Below are positions 1 to 10,205 of a DNA stretch of 64,000 bases, piece after piece; the first letter of the stretch is position 1, and every line of letters starts with the position of its first letter. The position numbers were made by a program, and so were the translations under genes. The notes under the pieces are model-generated. The model was given only the letters and a program-made list of their open reading frames with translations, was not told the DNA's origin and made no database searches. This DNA comes from Acidobacteriota bacterium (GTDB lineage: Bacteria; Acidobacteriota; UBA890; WLXD01): contig CAXWPH010000014.1 in the NCBI GenBank assembly GCA_963666055.2, forward strand, positions 192,001-256,000, given 5' to 3'.

Positions 1-1302
1 CTTGCCGACATCGAGCTCTTCACGAATACGCTCGAAGATCAACACGTTGGCGTCGACCGCCATGCCGATGAGCAAGATGATGCCGGCGATGCCCGGCAAC
101 GTCAGCGTCGCCCCGAGGGCATTCATCACGCCCAACACGATCACCAGGTTTAGCGTCAGCGCGACGACGGCATTGATGCCGGCCCCACGGTAGTAGACGA
201 GCATGAAAGCAACCACGATTGCGAACCCGACGGCGGCCGATAACACGCCGCGATTGATGGACTCTCTACCGAGCGATGGGCCCACCGACCGCTCTTCCAG
301 ATAGCGGATCGAAGCGGGAAGCGCACCCGAGCGCAGCACGAGCGCAAGATCCTCGGCTTCGGCAACGGTGAAGCGCCCCGAGATCTGTCCGTTGCTAGCA
401 ATGCGGCCTTCGATGACCGGGGCCGAGTAGATCTCGTTGTCGAGAACGATGGCCAGTTGGCGGCCGATGTTGGCGCCGGTGTACTCGGAGAACTTCCGAG
501 CGCTATCAGCGTTGAGCGTGAAGCTGACGGCCGGAAGGCCGAGCTCGTCCTGACTCATACGGGCGGTTCTGAGGTCACGGCCGGTAACGACCGGCTCCTC
601 CTGGACCACGTAGAAACCCACCGGGAGCCCGTCTTCGGGCTTGGCAGCGAGGAGCTCCGTGTTCGGCGCCATGCTGCCACCACTGGCGGCAATGAGCTCC
701 TGTCGGGTGAGCGCCGGCCCTGCCACGACCGTCTTCAGCTCGAGCAGCGCCGTGCTACGCAGGAGCGCCTTCACCCGCTCCGGGTTCTCCACTCCGGGGA
801 GCTGCACAAGAAGACGATCACCGGTCAAACCTTGGCGCTGGATCACCGGCTCGCTGACACCGTAGCCATCGACACGATTGCGGATCGTCTGCAAAGCCTG
901 GCGAACCGCGCCATCGCGTATCGCCGCGTCCGCCGCGCTCAACAGCGTCAAGTCGATCGTTCGATCGTTTCGGTCGACGCTGTAGGTGTTTGAGAAATAC
1001 TCCGCCACGAGCTCGGCGACCCGATCGGCGTCGCCGTCACCGGAGACAATGATCGTAGTGCCGCCGAGTCCGTCGACGGAGGCATCGTCGATCGACACCG
1101 CTTCGTCCGTGAACAGCCGGCGCAGCGAGTCGAGGTTGTCGCGCACCTCAGCTGCAACCGCCTCCTCGGTCTCGACGCGCAGCAACAGATGGATGCCTCC
1201 GCGCAGGTCGAGGCCGAGCTTTACATCCTCGGCAAAGGCAAGGAACGCGAACACCGCCGTGATCGCCACGATCACGATGATCTTCAGGCGCAACTCCTGC
1301 AT
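1..1302 (-). CDS. secD: Protein translocase subunit SecD (runs off window start)
   Basis: Manual translation from ATG at 1302: MQELRLKIIV...KLGLDLRGGIHL, later LAIVLDNEIYSAPVI and LALVLRSGALPA..EERSVGPSLG. Lies directly downstream of yajC. Confidence 0.95.
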   Translation of the reverse strand, partial: MQELRLKIIVIVAITAVFAFLAFAEDVKLGLDLRGGIHLLLRVETEEAVAAEVRDNLDSLRRLFTDEAVSIDDASVDGLGGTTIIVSGDGDADRVAELVAEYFSNTYSVDRNDRTIDLTLLSAADAAIRDGAVRQALQTIRNRVDGYGVSEPVIQRQGLTGDRLLVQLPGVENPERVKALLRSTALLELKTVVAGPALTRQELIAASGGSMAPNTELLAAKPEDGLPVGFYVVQEEPVVTGRDLRTARMSQDELGLPAVSFTLNADSARKFSEYTGANIGRQLAIVLDNEIYSAPVIEGRIASNGQISGRFTVAEAEDLALVLRSGALPASIRYLEERSVGPSLGRESINRGVLSAAVGFAIVVAFMLVYYRGAGINAVVALTLNLVIVLGVMNALGATLTLPGIAGIILLIGMAVDANVLIFERIREELDVGK

Positions 1303-1330
1303 TCTCTGCCCCTCCGGGGAATTTGGAGCC

Positions 1331-1615
1331 TTAGTCGGAGCCTTCGGCTAGGCCGGCGATACTCTGCTTGGTCACGTCGACCTTCACCTGATCGGCGATC
1401 TTGAGTCGAAAACGGTCGTCCTGAATGCCCACCACGGTGCCGTACAGGCCGCCGCTGGTCACCACTTTGTCGCCGTTCTTCAAGTTGGCGACGAGATCGT
1501 CGTGCTGACGCTGTCGCTTACGTACCGGAGCGATCAGCAGGAAGTAGAAGATCAGAACCATCGCAACGATCGGGATCAACCCGGTGATCGCGCTCTGGCC
1601 CGGCGCGGCGGCCAT
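1331..1615 (-). CDS. yajC: Preprotein translocase subunit YajC
   Basis: FYFLLIAPVRKRQ...LKNGDKVVTSGGLYGTV motif; tgt-yajC-secD synteny. Confidence 0.95.
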   Translation of the reverse strand: MAAAPGQSAITGLIPIVAMVLIFYFLLIAPVRKRQRQHDDLVANLKNGDKVVTSGGLYGTVVGIQDDRFRLKIADQVKVDVTKQSIAGLAEGSD

Positions 1616-1699
1616 CAGCAGTAGGGAGTGCAGCGAACTCGCTCCAGCGAGAGCCGGAACTACCTCCGGCGAGGCGATTGGGATCGGCGTCTCGAGGCG

Positions 1700-2818
1700 C
1701 TAACCGTTACCGCTCGAGCGGCCGCGATACGGCGTCGCGGCGCGCATTTCCGCGAACGCGCCGGAACCGATAGCGTGCCGGATGCGCCTCATGGTGTCAA
1801 GGTAGTGCCATAGGTTGTGGATCGTCATCAACACGCCTCCGAGCATTTCCCTACGCAGCTTCAAATGGCGCAGATACGCCCGACTGTAGCGCTCGCAAGT
1901 GGGGCACTCGCAGTTAGGATCGAGCGGCCGGTCGTCGCTCGCGTGGCGCGCGTGGCGTACGGTCACGGTCCCCTCGCTGGTGAACGCGACTCCGTTTCGC
2001 GCGTGGCGCGTCGGCATGACGCAATCGAACAGGTCTACGCCGTGCGCCACTGCCTCGATCAGGTCATCCGGTGTGCCCATGCCCATCACATAGCGCGGTC
2101 GATCGGTTGGCAGCGCACCTGTTGCGGCACTCAAGGCGGTCCAGGTCTGACCCTTCGACTCGCCGACGGCGAGGCCTCCGATCCCGTACCCGTCGAACTC
2201 CAGCGCCGCGAGCTGGCGCGCATGCGCCTCACGTAGCTTCGGGTAGACGCTTCCCTGCACGATGCCAAAGAGTCCTCCGGCAAGCTTTCCGGCAAGCGGC
2301 CGGCTGCGCTCCGCCCAGGTCTGGCTGCGGCGCACCGCACGGGCAGCATCTTCGTATTCCGCCGGGCTGGCGATGCATTCATCGAGCACCATCGCCACGT
2401 CGACGCCCAGCATCGCCTGGATCTCGACCACCAGCTCCGGCGTGAGACGTCGGTATTGACCATCGAGGGGCGAGCGGAACGTCACGCCGTCGTCATCGAT
2501 GCTGCGGCGATCGGCCAACGACATCACCTGATATCCGCCGCTGTCAGTGAGTATCGGTGCCGTCCAGCCCATAAATCGATGAATTCCGCCGACCTCGCGG
2601 ATGATCTCGGCGCCCGGCCGCTCCCATAGGTGATAGGCGTTGGTCAGCAGAATCTGCACGCCGAGCCGTTCGAGCTGCTCGCCGGCAATACCCTTGACGG
2701 CGCCGTATGTACCGACGGGCATGAACGCCGGCGTCTGCACGCAGCCATGCGGAGTCTGCAGTTGCCCCGTGCGCGCCCCGGAGCCAGCGTCCTTGTGCTC
2801 GACCCCGAACGCGATCAC
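1700..2818 (-). CDS. tgt: tRNA-guanine(34) transglycosylase
   Basis: TPAFMPVGT, LTDSGGYQV, DLFDCVMPTRHARNG and CECPTC zinc site. GTG start at 2818 overlaps the thiL stop (GTGA). Confidence 0.95.
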   Translation of the reverse strand: MIAFGVEHKDAGSGARTGQLQTPHGCVQTPAFMPVGTYGAVKGIAGEQLERLGVQILLTNAYHLWERPGAEIIREVGGIHRFMGWTAPILTDSGGYQVMSLADRRSIDDDGVTFRSPLDGQYRRLTPELVVEIQAMLGVDVAMVLDECIASPAEYEDAARAVRRSQTWAERSRPLAGKLAGGLFGIVQGSVYPKLREAHARQLAALEFDGYGIGGLAVGESKGQTWTALSAATGALPTDRPRYVMGMGTPDDLIEAVAHGVDLFDCVMPTRHARNGVAFTSEGTVTVRHARHASDDRPLDPNCECPTCERYSRAYLRHLKLRREMLGGVLMTIHNLWHYLDTMRRIRHAIGSGAFAEMRAATPYRGRSSGNG

Positions 2819-3840
2819 CCTGATGCTCCGGCTGCAAACGGGTCCCAGCCGGCGGTCTTCAAAGGTTCGTCGGCAGCGCCGATACGGACGGTCAATCCAT
2901 TGGCGGCTGTCACGAATACACCGATGCGCCGGGCGTTCAGCTCGAAGCGATTCGCGGCGTCCGCAAGATCGTCCTGGCTGTCGTCGGCGACCGAGCAAAT
3001 GAGCGCGTAGTCGTCTCCCCCGCCAACGGCAAGCTCTAGCGCCGAGCTGCCGAGTTGGTTGGCCAAAGCCGCGACGTCTGGATGCACCAACGCGTCGCCG
3101 TCCAGCGCCACGCCGACGCTCGACGCAGCACACAACCGACTCAAGTCGAGACCAAGCCCGTCGCTGACGTCCATCATCGCGCCGACCAGCCGACGCTCGG
3201 CGACGTGGCTGGCGAAGGACAGTGGCGGCGTCGGGGCCCGATATGCCTCGATGCTTCGTTGCGCCAGCGGGTCTGTGGATTCGCTCGCTCCGGCGCTCAG
3301 CAGCAGCCGGCCGGCAGCAGCCAACCCGAGGTCGCCGATCACCCAACAGGCATCTCCCGCGACCGCCCGATCGCGTAGCGTCGGCGGCACGCCTTCGGCG
3401 AGAGACCCACCGGCGCAAAGACACAGCCCCACGCCGCGCGACGAAAGCGTCACATCGCCGCCGATCGTAGGACATCCGAGCTCGCGTCCGCCGTCGCGCA
3501 GGCCGCGGACGAGCTCATCCAGCCAGTCGACCTCGAGCTCGCCCGGCAGCTCCAGCGCGCACAGCGCCCATGTGGGGGTCGCTCCCATTGCCCCCAGGTC
3601 GCTGACGCAAATGGCGAGCGCACGCCGACCCAGCGCCCATGGCGACAGCCACGAGCGTCGGAAGTGCACGCCTTCGGTCTGACGGTCGGTGGTCAGCACG
3701 AGGCGACACGACGACATATCGATTACCGCAGCATCGTCGCCCGGTCCGACCTGGAGACCCCGCACACTTGTCTCCAGGCCCGACCGGATGCGCTCCACGA
3801 GCTTCAGTTCACCGATCTCGTCTACACTCGCCGGCCTCAT
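2815..3840 (-). CDS. thiL: Thiamine-monophosphate kinase
   Basis: GPGDDAA, EGVHF, SDLGAMGA, GGD and MMDVSDGL motifs; ATG at 3840 overlaps the upstream stop. Confidence 0.92.
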   Translation of the reverse strand: MRPASVDEIGELKLVERIRSGLETSVRGLQVGPGDDAAVIDMSSCRLVLTTDRQTEGVHFRRSWLSPWALGRRALAICVSDLGAMGATPTWALCALELPGELEVDWLDELVRGLRDGGRELGCPTIGGDVTLSSRGVGLCLCAGGSLAEGVPPTLRDRAVAGDACWVIGDLGLAAAGRLLLSAGASESTDPLAQRSIEAYRAPTPPLSFASHVAERRLVGAMMDVSDGLGLDLSRLCAASSVGVALDGDALVHPDVAALANQLGSSALELAVGGGDDYALICSVADDSQDDLADAANRFELNARRIGVFVTAANGLTVRIGAADEPLKTAGWDPFAAGASG

Positions 3841-5042
3841 CTCGCGTCCCCCTCTCGACTGACGCTCTGTCGAGCCTGCGCGCGTGCCCAGGAACGAGCC
3901 TGCTGCACCGTCCGCCATCGGCGTGTGATCTGTCCCAGCGCCAGCTCACGTAGGACGCGGCCCAACGGCGGGCCAGGGCTCATGCCCCAGGAGATCAGAT
4001 CATCGCCCGTGACCCAGCGCGACTCTGCGGCGCGCTGCGCGGCACGATACAGCTCGCCCCCCCGGCCGGTGGGGGTCAGGCGCGACGCCAGCGCGCTGGC
4101 GTCAATCGCCGCTCCCGGGTCGCGCAATGACCACGCCGCCAACCGTGCCGATGAAGCATCGCCGCAGGTGCCGGTCCAGCGGGCGACGCGCTCGGCGCTA
4201 CGCACCTGTGCCGGCGGCCAGCGTCTATCGAGCAAGCGTGCCACCACCGCATCGACACCAACCTCGGTAGCCAAATCGAGAATCAGCGCTCCCAACCGAC
4301 CTCGCGTCTGCGGAGGATCGAGGCGCAGTTCCGCTTCGGTCGCCGCCCAGGCGTCGACGGCGGCATAGCCGCTCAGCTCGCCCAGGGTCGGCCCACACAC
4401 ACCCAACTCGCTGGCCAGGCGCAGGGCGTCGCGCCAATTCGCGGAGCCAAGGTTCAGACTCCACTCGGCCTGTGTGCGCTCACGCGCAACGCCGGCGAGC
4501 TGCGCCGCGGCAGACGAGACGGCGGCCGCAGTCTCGTCCTCCAAACGAAAGCCCGGGAGATCGGTGGCGTACCGAACGGCGCGCAAAGCGCGGAGCGGGT
4601 CCGTGGCCACCACGCCCGGAGATGTTTCCCGTAGGCGTCCGGAGAGGATGTCGGCCAGGCCGCCGTGCGGGTCGACGAGCGCCGCTTGCGGATCTCCCAC
4701 TCCACTCATCGGCACCGCCAGGGCGTTGACACTGAAATCACGCCGGGCAAGGTCCTGCTCGAGACTGCCGTGGCTGCGCGCGACGTCGACCTGGATGCCC
4801 TTCCAGCGAAACCGGTGGGTGTGCTGAAACGCGTCGCCGATATCTGCCGGACGCGCGCCGCGCGTAGCCTCAATGGCATCGAGATAACGCTCGAAACCCC
4901 TCTCCACGACCAGATCCAGGTCCGTCGGCGCTCGCCCGAGCAACACGTCTCGGATGGCCCCTCCGACCAGAGCCACCTTGATCCTGTCGGACGCGAGGGC
5001 CGCAAGGGGGGCCAGAGGAACCCCGGCAAGCAAGCGCGCCAA
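3837..5042 (-). CDS. CCA-adding enzyme / poly(A) polymerase family nucleotidyltransferase (start uncertain, 5042-5168)
   Basis: LVGGAIRD..LG...DLDL, DLARRDFSVNALA and DPLRALRAVRY class II NTase motifs. Confidence 0.85.
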   Translation of the reverse strand: MARLLAGVPLAPLAALASDRIKVALVGGAIRDVLLGRAPTDLDLVVERGFERYLDAIEATRGARPADIGDAFQHTHRFRWKGIQVDVARSHGSLEQDLARRDFSVNALAVPMSGVGDPQAALVDPHGGLADILSGRLRETSPGVVATDPLRALRAVRYATDLPGFRLEDETAAAVSSAAAQLAGVARERTQAEWSLNLGSANWRDALRLASELGVCGPTLGELSGYAAVDAWAATEAELRLDPPQTRGRLGALILDLATEVGVDAVVARLLDRRWPPAQVRSAERVARWTGTCGDASSARLAAWSLRDPGAAIDASALASRLTPTGRGGELYRAAQRAAESRWVTGDDLISWGMSPGPPLGRVLRELALGQITRRWRTVQQARSWARAQARQSVSREGDAR

Positions 5043-5067
5043 GCCCTGCCAATCGGCGCGGCGCGCC

Positions 5068-5526
5068 TCAGGTTTGCTGGTCGAGGAGAGTCTTGAGTTC
5101 CTCCATGAACGCATTGACATCCCTGAAGTGACGGTACACGGAGGCGAACCGAACGTAGGCGATCTCATCGAGGTTCCTGAGGCGATCCATCACCAGCTCC
5201 CCTATTTCCTGGCTGTCGATTTCGCGCCCGCTGCCCTCTTGTGCCCGAGTCTCGACCTGGTCGCAGATAGCCTCCAGCTCCTCGGCGGGGACCGGACGCT
5301 TTTCGCAGGCGCGCATGATTCCCGACAGCAGCTTGCCTCGATCGAAGCCTTCGCGGCTACCGTCCTTTTTCACCACGACGATAGGCACCACCTCGATCTG
5401 CTCGTAGGTCGTCATGCGACGGCCGCATTCCAGGCACTCCCGTCGCCGCCGGATGACATTGCCCTCGCGCACCTCGCGTGAGTCGACCACCTTGTCGTTG
5501 TTGTGACCGCAGTAGGGGCACTTCAT
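5068..5526 (-). CDS. nrdR: Transcriptional repressor NrdR
   Basis: [18 protein letters not shown] zinc ribbon, ATP cone, AYVRFASVY. Confidence 0.97.
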   Translation of the reverse strand: MKCPYCGHNNDKVVDSREVREGNVIRRRRECLECGRRMTTYEQIEVVPIVVVKKDGSREGFDRGKLLSGIMRACEKRPVPAEELEAICDQVETRAQEGSGREIDSQEIGELVMDRLRNLDEIAYVRFASVYRHFRDVNAFMEELKTLLDQQT

Positions 5527-5589
5527 GGCACGCAGGCCTAGGATCGTGGGTAACGCGGTCCCCGCACCGCGTCAAAGACATCGAGCGGA

Positions 5590-6527
5590 TTATAACGTCC
5601 GGTCCTCGTGTAGCGGCCCGCCCGGCGTCTCACCCAGCCGGCGTAGCGCTGCGAACGTGAGTCCCTCACGTACCAGCAGCAGCGCTCCGAGAGCTCCCAG
5701 CGGCAGGAAGCCGATGGTGTGGCTAACGATCGCGAACGCCACCGCAACATCATTATCGATCCCGAATAACGTCACGAGCCCGATCTGCGCCGCCTTATGG
5801 AAGGCCCCGACAGCCGCCGGTGTCGGCACCGCCACACCGGCGACCAACAGGGCTACGAGCGGAATCGAAGCGTAGGCGGGCAGGTCGATGTGAAAGGCCC
5901 AGAACAGCACCACGTACATCAAATGTATGACGCCCCACAGCAACATCGAGCTGCCGATGATACGCGCCACCAACCAGGGAACGCCGCGTTGCGGCTTGCG
6001 ACGACGACGGCAACTCCCCCCGTCGCGATCCCGACCGCGCCCAGAATACCTACCAGGCGGATCGCTTCGAACACCGCTACAGCATCGCCCTCCAGGTGTG
6101 GTGGCGGCGGAAAGACGGCCAGATAAATGCCCAGATAGAGCACCACGGCTACCACGTCGAATACGCGCTCCAGCACCACCGAGCCTATCGCAGCACTGGC
6201 GCGAATCGGTGTACGCCGCGCCAGCAGCACTGGGCGCACGATCTCGCCCAGGCGGCCGGGGAGAACGACCGACACCGTCCACCCCATGAGAGTGCAATCG
6301 ACCAGGGGCCGTAGGCCGACAGTACCGAGAGGTGACAGCAGCTGCCGCCAGCGCCACGCCCGCGGTAACGTGGTCAGCAAGATGGTGCCCAGCGACGCCA
6401 GAATCCATAACGGATCGGCATTACGTACGGCCACCCAGACTTCTCGGAGGTCAGCCTGACGAAGAAACAGCCAGACGAGACCGGCAGCCAACAGCAGTCC
6501 GACGACGAGCTGGATCCGACGGGACAT
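5590..6527 (-). pseudogene. Lysylphosphatidylglycerol synthase TM / flippase-like (UPF0104) membrane protein, frame break near 5975
   Basis: N-part MSRRIQLVVGLL..RAWRWRQLL..LPGRLGEIVRP..ERVFD (ORF 5919-6572). C-part LVARIIGSSMLLW..VPTPAAVGAFH..AFAIVSH lies in another frame (ORF 5590-6408). Confidence 0.75.
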
Positions 6528-6667
6528 GGAATCCCTGTCCTTGTTGGTGGCAAGTGGTCTCCCGGCGCGCAACGGTAGACGCTGCCCGGACCGCTGGCAA
6601 ACACTACCTGCTAAACTCCCGCAGCCCAGCCATCCAAGAGGACCCGTGCGAGAGACCGGCGCCCACG

Positions 6668-7411
6668 ATGTCTAGCCAAACCGACGTCGCCGCGGCCATC
6701 GTGTCGGCCGGCCGTCGACTATACGAGCGTCGGATCCTGGCGTCCTACGAGGGCAACCTGAGCGCCAGGATCGGATCCGATCGTCTGCTCACCACCGCCT
6801 CCGGTGTGCACAAAGGACGCCTGCGCGAGGCCGATCTCGTGCTCGTCGACATGACCGGCAAGCCGTTGAGCAACGGCAAGCCCTCCTCCGAGCTCAAACT
6901 GCACTTGGCAATCTACGAGGAACGCCCGGAGCTACGCGCGGTGGTCCACGCGCATCCGCCGATCGCCACAGGCTATGCTGTCGCCGGCAAGCAGCCTCCG
7001 GCCGCACTCGCTGAGGTCGTGGCATTCCTGGGCTGCGTTCCGGTGGCACCCTACGGCACCCCGTCGACGGCGGCGCTGGCGGATTCCGTGCGCGCTCCAT
7101 TACGCGATTTCGACGTCGTGTTGCTCGCCAACCATGGTGCGGTAACGGTCGGGACCTCCCTGGAGAAGGCGGAGGAGCGCATGGTACAGCTGGAACACTT
7201 CGCTCAAATCGCCTTGGTGGCCCACTTGCTTGGCGGGCCCCAGCACTTCAGTCGCGAGCAGATCGAGGAACTCTCCCAGCTGCGCGAAGCGGCTGGCGGT
7301 GCACCCGTTCCAGCGATCTGCTACCCCTCAACCGATGAATCGGGCACCATTACGCTGACTCACGATGAACTGGTCGGTCTGATCGCCGATGCACTACGCA
7401 CGATCCGCTGA
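6668..7411 (+). CDS. Class II aldolase/adducin family protein with C-terminal encapsulation peptide
   Basis: [21 protein letters not shown] and LLANHGA metal-binding motifs; low-complexity linker then amphipathic tail [17 protein letters not shown]; precedes BMC shell genes. Confidence 0.9.
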   Translation: MSSQTDVAAAIVSAGRRLYERRILASYEGNLSARIGSDRLLTTASGVHKGRLREADLVLVDMTGKPLSNGKPSSELKLHLAIYEERPELRAVVHAHPPIATGYAVAGKQPPAALAEVVAFLGCVPVAPYGTPSTAALADSVRAPLRDFDVVLLANHGAVTVGTSLEKAEERMVQLEHFAQIALVAHLLGGPQHFSREQIEELSQLREAAGGAPVPAICYPSTDESGTITLTHDELVGLIADALRTIR

Positions 7412-7455
7412 AGTCTGCCATCTCGGCAAACGGCTCGCACGAGGAGAAGCAGTCC

Positions 7456-7746
7456 ATGGGAGATTACGGAGAAGCCCTCGGAATGATCGAGACGCGGGGC
7501 TTCGTCGGAATGGTCGAAGCATCCGATGCCATGGTGAAGGCAGCCAAGGTAACCATGATCGGCTACGAGAAAGTTGGCGGCGGCTTGGTGACGGCCATCG
7601 TTCGAGGTGACGTGGCAGCGGTGAAGTCGGCAACCGACGCGGGCGCTGCGGCGGCGCGACGCGTCGGCGAGCTGATCTCCGTTCATGTCATCCCGCGACC
7701 ACACGATGGCCTCGAGGACTGCCTACCGATCGGCAAGAGCGACTAG
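7456..7746 (+). CDS. Bacterial microcompartment shell hexamer protein (BMC-H)
   Basis: [41 protein letters not shown] (PduA/EutM/CcmK family). Confidence 0.97.
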   Translation: MGDYGEALGMIETRGFVGMVEASDAMVKAAKVTMIGYEKVGGGLVTAIVRGDVAAVKSATDAGAAAARRVGELISVHVIPRPHDGLEDCLPIGKSD

Positions 7747-7751
7747 GAGCC

Positions 7752-8027
7752 GTGTTTCTCGCTCGCGTGGTGGGCACAGTAGTAGCGACTCGCAAGGACC
7801 CGAAGCTGGTCGGGAGTCGGCTGTTGATCGTCGTCCCGGTCGATGTGAACGGCGACGACGAGGACGGTTACCACGTGGCGCTGGATACGGTCGACGCGGG
7901 GTACCGAGAGACGGTTCTGTGCGTTCGTGGGTCGTCCGCTCGTATGGCCGAGGGGCTCGCTGACCGACCCGTCGACACCGCCATCATCGGCATCGTCGAC
8001 GAAACGCACATCGACGAAGGGTCGTAG
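7752..8027 (+). CDS. BMC vertex pentamer (EutN/CcmL family) 1
   Basis: MFLARVVGTVVATRKD..VALDTVDAGYRETVL..GSSAR..PVDTAIIGIVD. Confidence 0.95.
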   Translation: MFLARVVGTVVATRKDPKLVGSRLLIVVPVDVNGDDEDGYHVALDTVDAGYRETVLCVRGSSARMAEGLADRPVDTAIIGIVDETHIDEGS

Positions 8028-8056
8028 ACACAACCGGCAACAGGACGGGGCGCTCG

Positions 8057-8326
8057 ATGGACATGGCGCGCGTAATCGGCACGGTCGTTTGCACCATCAA
8101 GGATGACACCCTGAAGGGTACGACGCTGCTACTGGTGCAACCGGTAACACCACGCGGTACGCCGCAAGGCCGGCCACTCGTAGCGGTTGACTCGGTGGGT
8201 TCCGGCGTCGGCGAGACGGTATTCTACGTCACCGGCCGTGAGGCCTCGTTCGCCTTTCTCCCAGCCTCCGTCGTCGCCGATGTGTCGATCGTCGGCATCG
8301 TCGATAGCGTGTCGCACCTTTCATGA
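8057..8326 (+). CDS. BMC vertex pentamer (EutN/CcmL family) 2
   Basis: ARVIGTVVCTIKD..LVAVDSVGSGVGE..GREA..DVSIVGIVD. Confidence 0.95.
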   Translation: MDMARVIGTVVCTIKDDTLKGTTLLLVQPVTPRGTPQGRPLVAVDSVGSGVGETVFYVTGREASFAFLPASVVADVSIVGIVDSVSHLS

Positions 8327-8595
8327 TCGTCGGACGGGTGGTGGGCAACGTCGTATCGACGCAAAAGCATCCCAAGTACCACGGCAGCAAGCTGCTGCTC
8401 GTGCAGCCGCTGGCCCGAGGCGGAGACGATTCCGGCGCCCAGATCATGGCAGTGGACAGTGTCGGTGCGGGAGCGGGCGAGACGGTCTTGGTGGTCGTCG
8501 AGGGACGTTCTGCGAGCCAGGCCATGGGAATCGACCTGGCCCCGGCCAACGCCGCGATCGTCGGCATCATCGATCAAATCGACTGGGGTTCTTAG
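8323..8595 (+). CDS. BMC vertex pentamer (EutN/CcmL family) 3
   Basis: GRVVGNVVSTQKH..AVDSVGAGAGETVLVVVEGRSA..AAIVGIID. Confidence 0.95.
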   Translation: MIVGRVVGNVVSTQKHPKYHGSKLLLVQPLARGGDDSGAQIMAVDSVGAGAGETVLVVVEGRSASQAMGIDLAPANAAIVGIIDQIDWGS

Positions 8596-8639
8596 CCCCG
8601 ATCATCGACCGCCGGAGCGGTTGGCAAGGAGTATATTTC

Positions 8640-9560
8640 GTGAGCGCCAAGCTCCTTCTAGGCAAACCGGTACAAGAGGCGATCCTCGCCGAAGTCAGCG
8701 CCGCGACGGCGGACTACGTGGCGGCGGGACAAGCGCCGCCGCACCTTACCGCGGTCCTGGTGGGTGACGACCCCGCATCTGCCATCTACGTGCGCTCAAA
8801 GACAAGTAAGTGTCACGAGGTCGGCTTCGGCTCAGACGCGCGGATCCTGCCGGCGAGCACGAGCACCGAGAAGCTCCTGACCGTCGTGCACGAGCTCAAT
8901 GCCGACGACGGCGTCGACGGCATCCTGGTGCAACTTCCGCTCCCGGCACAGTGCGATACCAAGGCGGTACTCGACGCGGTGGACCCCCGAAAGGACGTGG
9001 ACGGATTCCATGCCGAGAACGCCGGCCGCCTGATTCAAGGACGTCCACGGTTCGCCCCCGCCACCCCCGCCGGTATCATCGAGCTGTTGGCGCGCAGTGA
9101 CATCTCAGTGTCCGGGAGGTACGCCGTCGTTATCGGGCGCAGCGACATTGTCGGCAAACCGATGGCAATGCTGCTTCTGCAGCGTCACGCCACCGTAACC
9201 ATCTGTCATTCGCGAACGCCCGACCTCGCGGAGGTAGCGCATGGCGCCGATATTCTGGTCGCGGCGGTGGGCCGGCCGGGCTTGGTGACAGAGGATTTCG
9301 TCAAGCCTGGAGCCACGGTGATCGACGTGGGTATCAACCGTGTAACCGACCGCGACGAAGCCGAAGCAATCCTCGGTGATGCCGCCGATTGGTCGAAGTA
9401 CGACGAGCGTGGCTATCTGGTCGTCGGGGACGTTCGCCCTGATGTGGCACAGATCGCCGGAGCTCTGACGCCGGTCCCGGGCGGCGTCGGTCCGCTGACC
9501 ATTGCGATGCTGCTCGTCAATACCCTCAACGCAGCTCGCTGGCGGCGCAGGACTGAGTAG
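8640..9560 (+). CDS. folD: Bifunctional methylenetetrahydrofolate dehydrogenase/cyclohydrolase
   Basis: VLVGDDPAS..YV..K, GILVQLPLP, KDVDGFH, GRSDIVGKP, TPVPGGVGPLTIAML; GTG start at 8640. Confidence 0.96.
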   Translation: MSAKLLLGKPVQEAILAEVSAATADYVAAGQAPPHLTAVLVGDDPASAIYVRSKTSKCHEVGFGSDARILPASTSTEKLLTVVHELNADDGVDGILVQLPLPAQCDTKAVLDAVDPRKDVDGFHAENAGRLIQGRPRFAPATPAGIIELLARSDISVSGRYAVVIGRSDIVGKPMAMLLLQRHATVTICHSRTPDLAEVAHGADILVAAVGRPGLVTEDFVKPGATVIDVGINRVTDRDEAEAILGDAADWSKYDERGYLVVGDVRPDVAQIAGALTPVPGGVGPLTIAMLLVNTLNAARWRRRTE

Positions 9561-9566
9561 CCGCGC

Positions 9567-10205
9567 GTGCGAACCATTCTTGGCGTCGGCCTCACCGGAA
9601 ACATCGGTGCCGGCAAGAGCACCGTCGGCGCGATGCTGCAGAGCGCTGGCTGCCTTCTCATCGACGCCGACCTTCTGGCCCGCGATGTTCTGGCGGCTGG
9701 CACCGAGGCCAACGACGAGGTGGTGGCGGCATTTGGCGAACGCGTCCGCGCCGCGGACGGCAGCATAGAACGGGCCGTGCTGGCGAGCATCGTGTTCGCC
9801 GACGACAGTGGTCGTCGGCGTCTCGAGGCGATCATCCACCCGCGCATTCCAACGCTGGAACGTGACCGTATTGCCGCCTGGGGAGTCGAGTGCGGGATCG
9901 CCGTCACCGAAGCCGCGTTGCTCGTCGAGACCGGAGGAGTAGCGCGCTACCAGCGCCTGGTCGTGGTCACCGCAGCGGTCGAGACGCGGTGGATGAGGCT
10001 GGTGGAGCGTGGTCTTGCAGAGGACGACATCCGCGGCCGCATGGCGGCCCAGATGCCCGAAGCCGAGAAGGTTGCGGTAGCCGACTACACGGTCGACAAC
10101 AGTGGCTCTTTGGAGGCTACCGCCAAGCTCGTGCAGGGGCTCCTCGTGGCGCTACGAGAGGATCTCGATAATCTGGTGGCCGGCATCAACCTGTCGCCGC
10201 GCTGA
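9567..10205 (+). CDS. coaE: Dephospho-CoA kinase
   Basis: GLTGNIGAGKSTV, IDADLLA, LEAIIHP, EAALLVE. Confidence 0.93.
   Translation: MRTILGVGLTGNIGAGKSTVGAMLQSAGCLLIDADLLARDVLAAGTEANDEVVAAFGERVRAADGSIERAVLASIVFADDSGRRRLEAIIHPRIPTLERDRIAAWGVECGIAVTEAALLVETGGVARYQRLVVVTAAVETRWMRLVERGLAEDDIRGRMAAQMPEAEKVAVADYTVDNSGSLEATAKLVQGLLVALREDLDNLVAGINLSPR

Noticed and set aside
6595-6612. Possible sigma54 promoter upstream of the BMC operon
   Set aside because: GG-to-GC spacing is 12 rather than 10; only a weak extended -10 (TGCTAAACT) is visible
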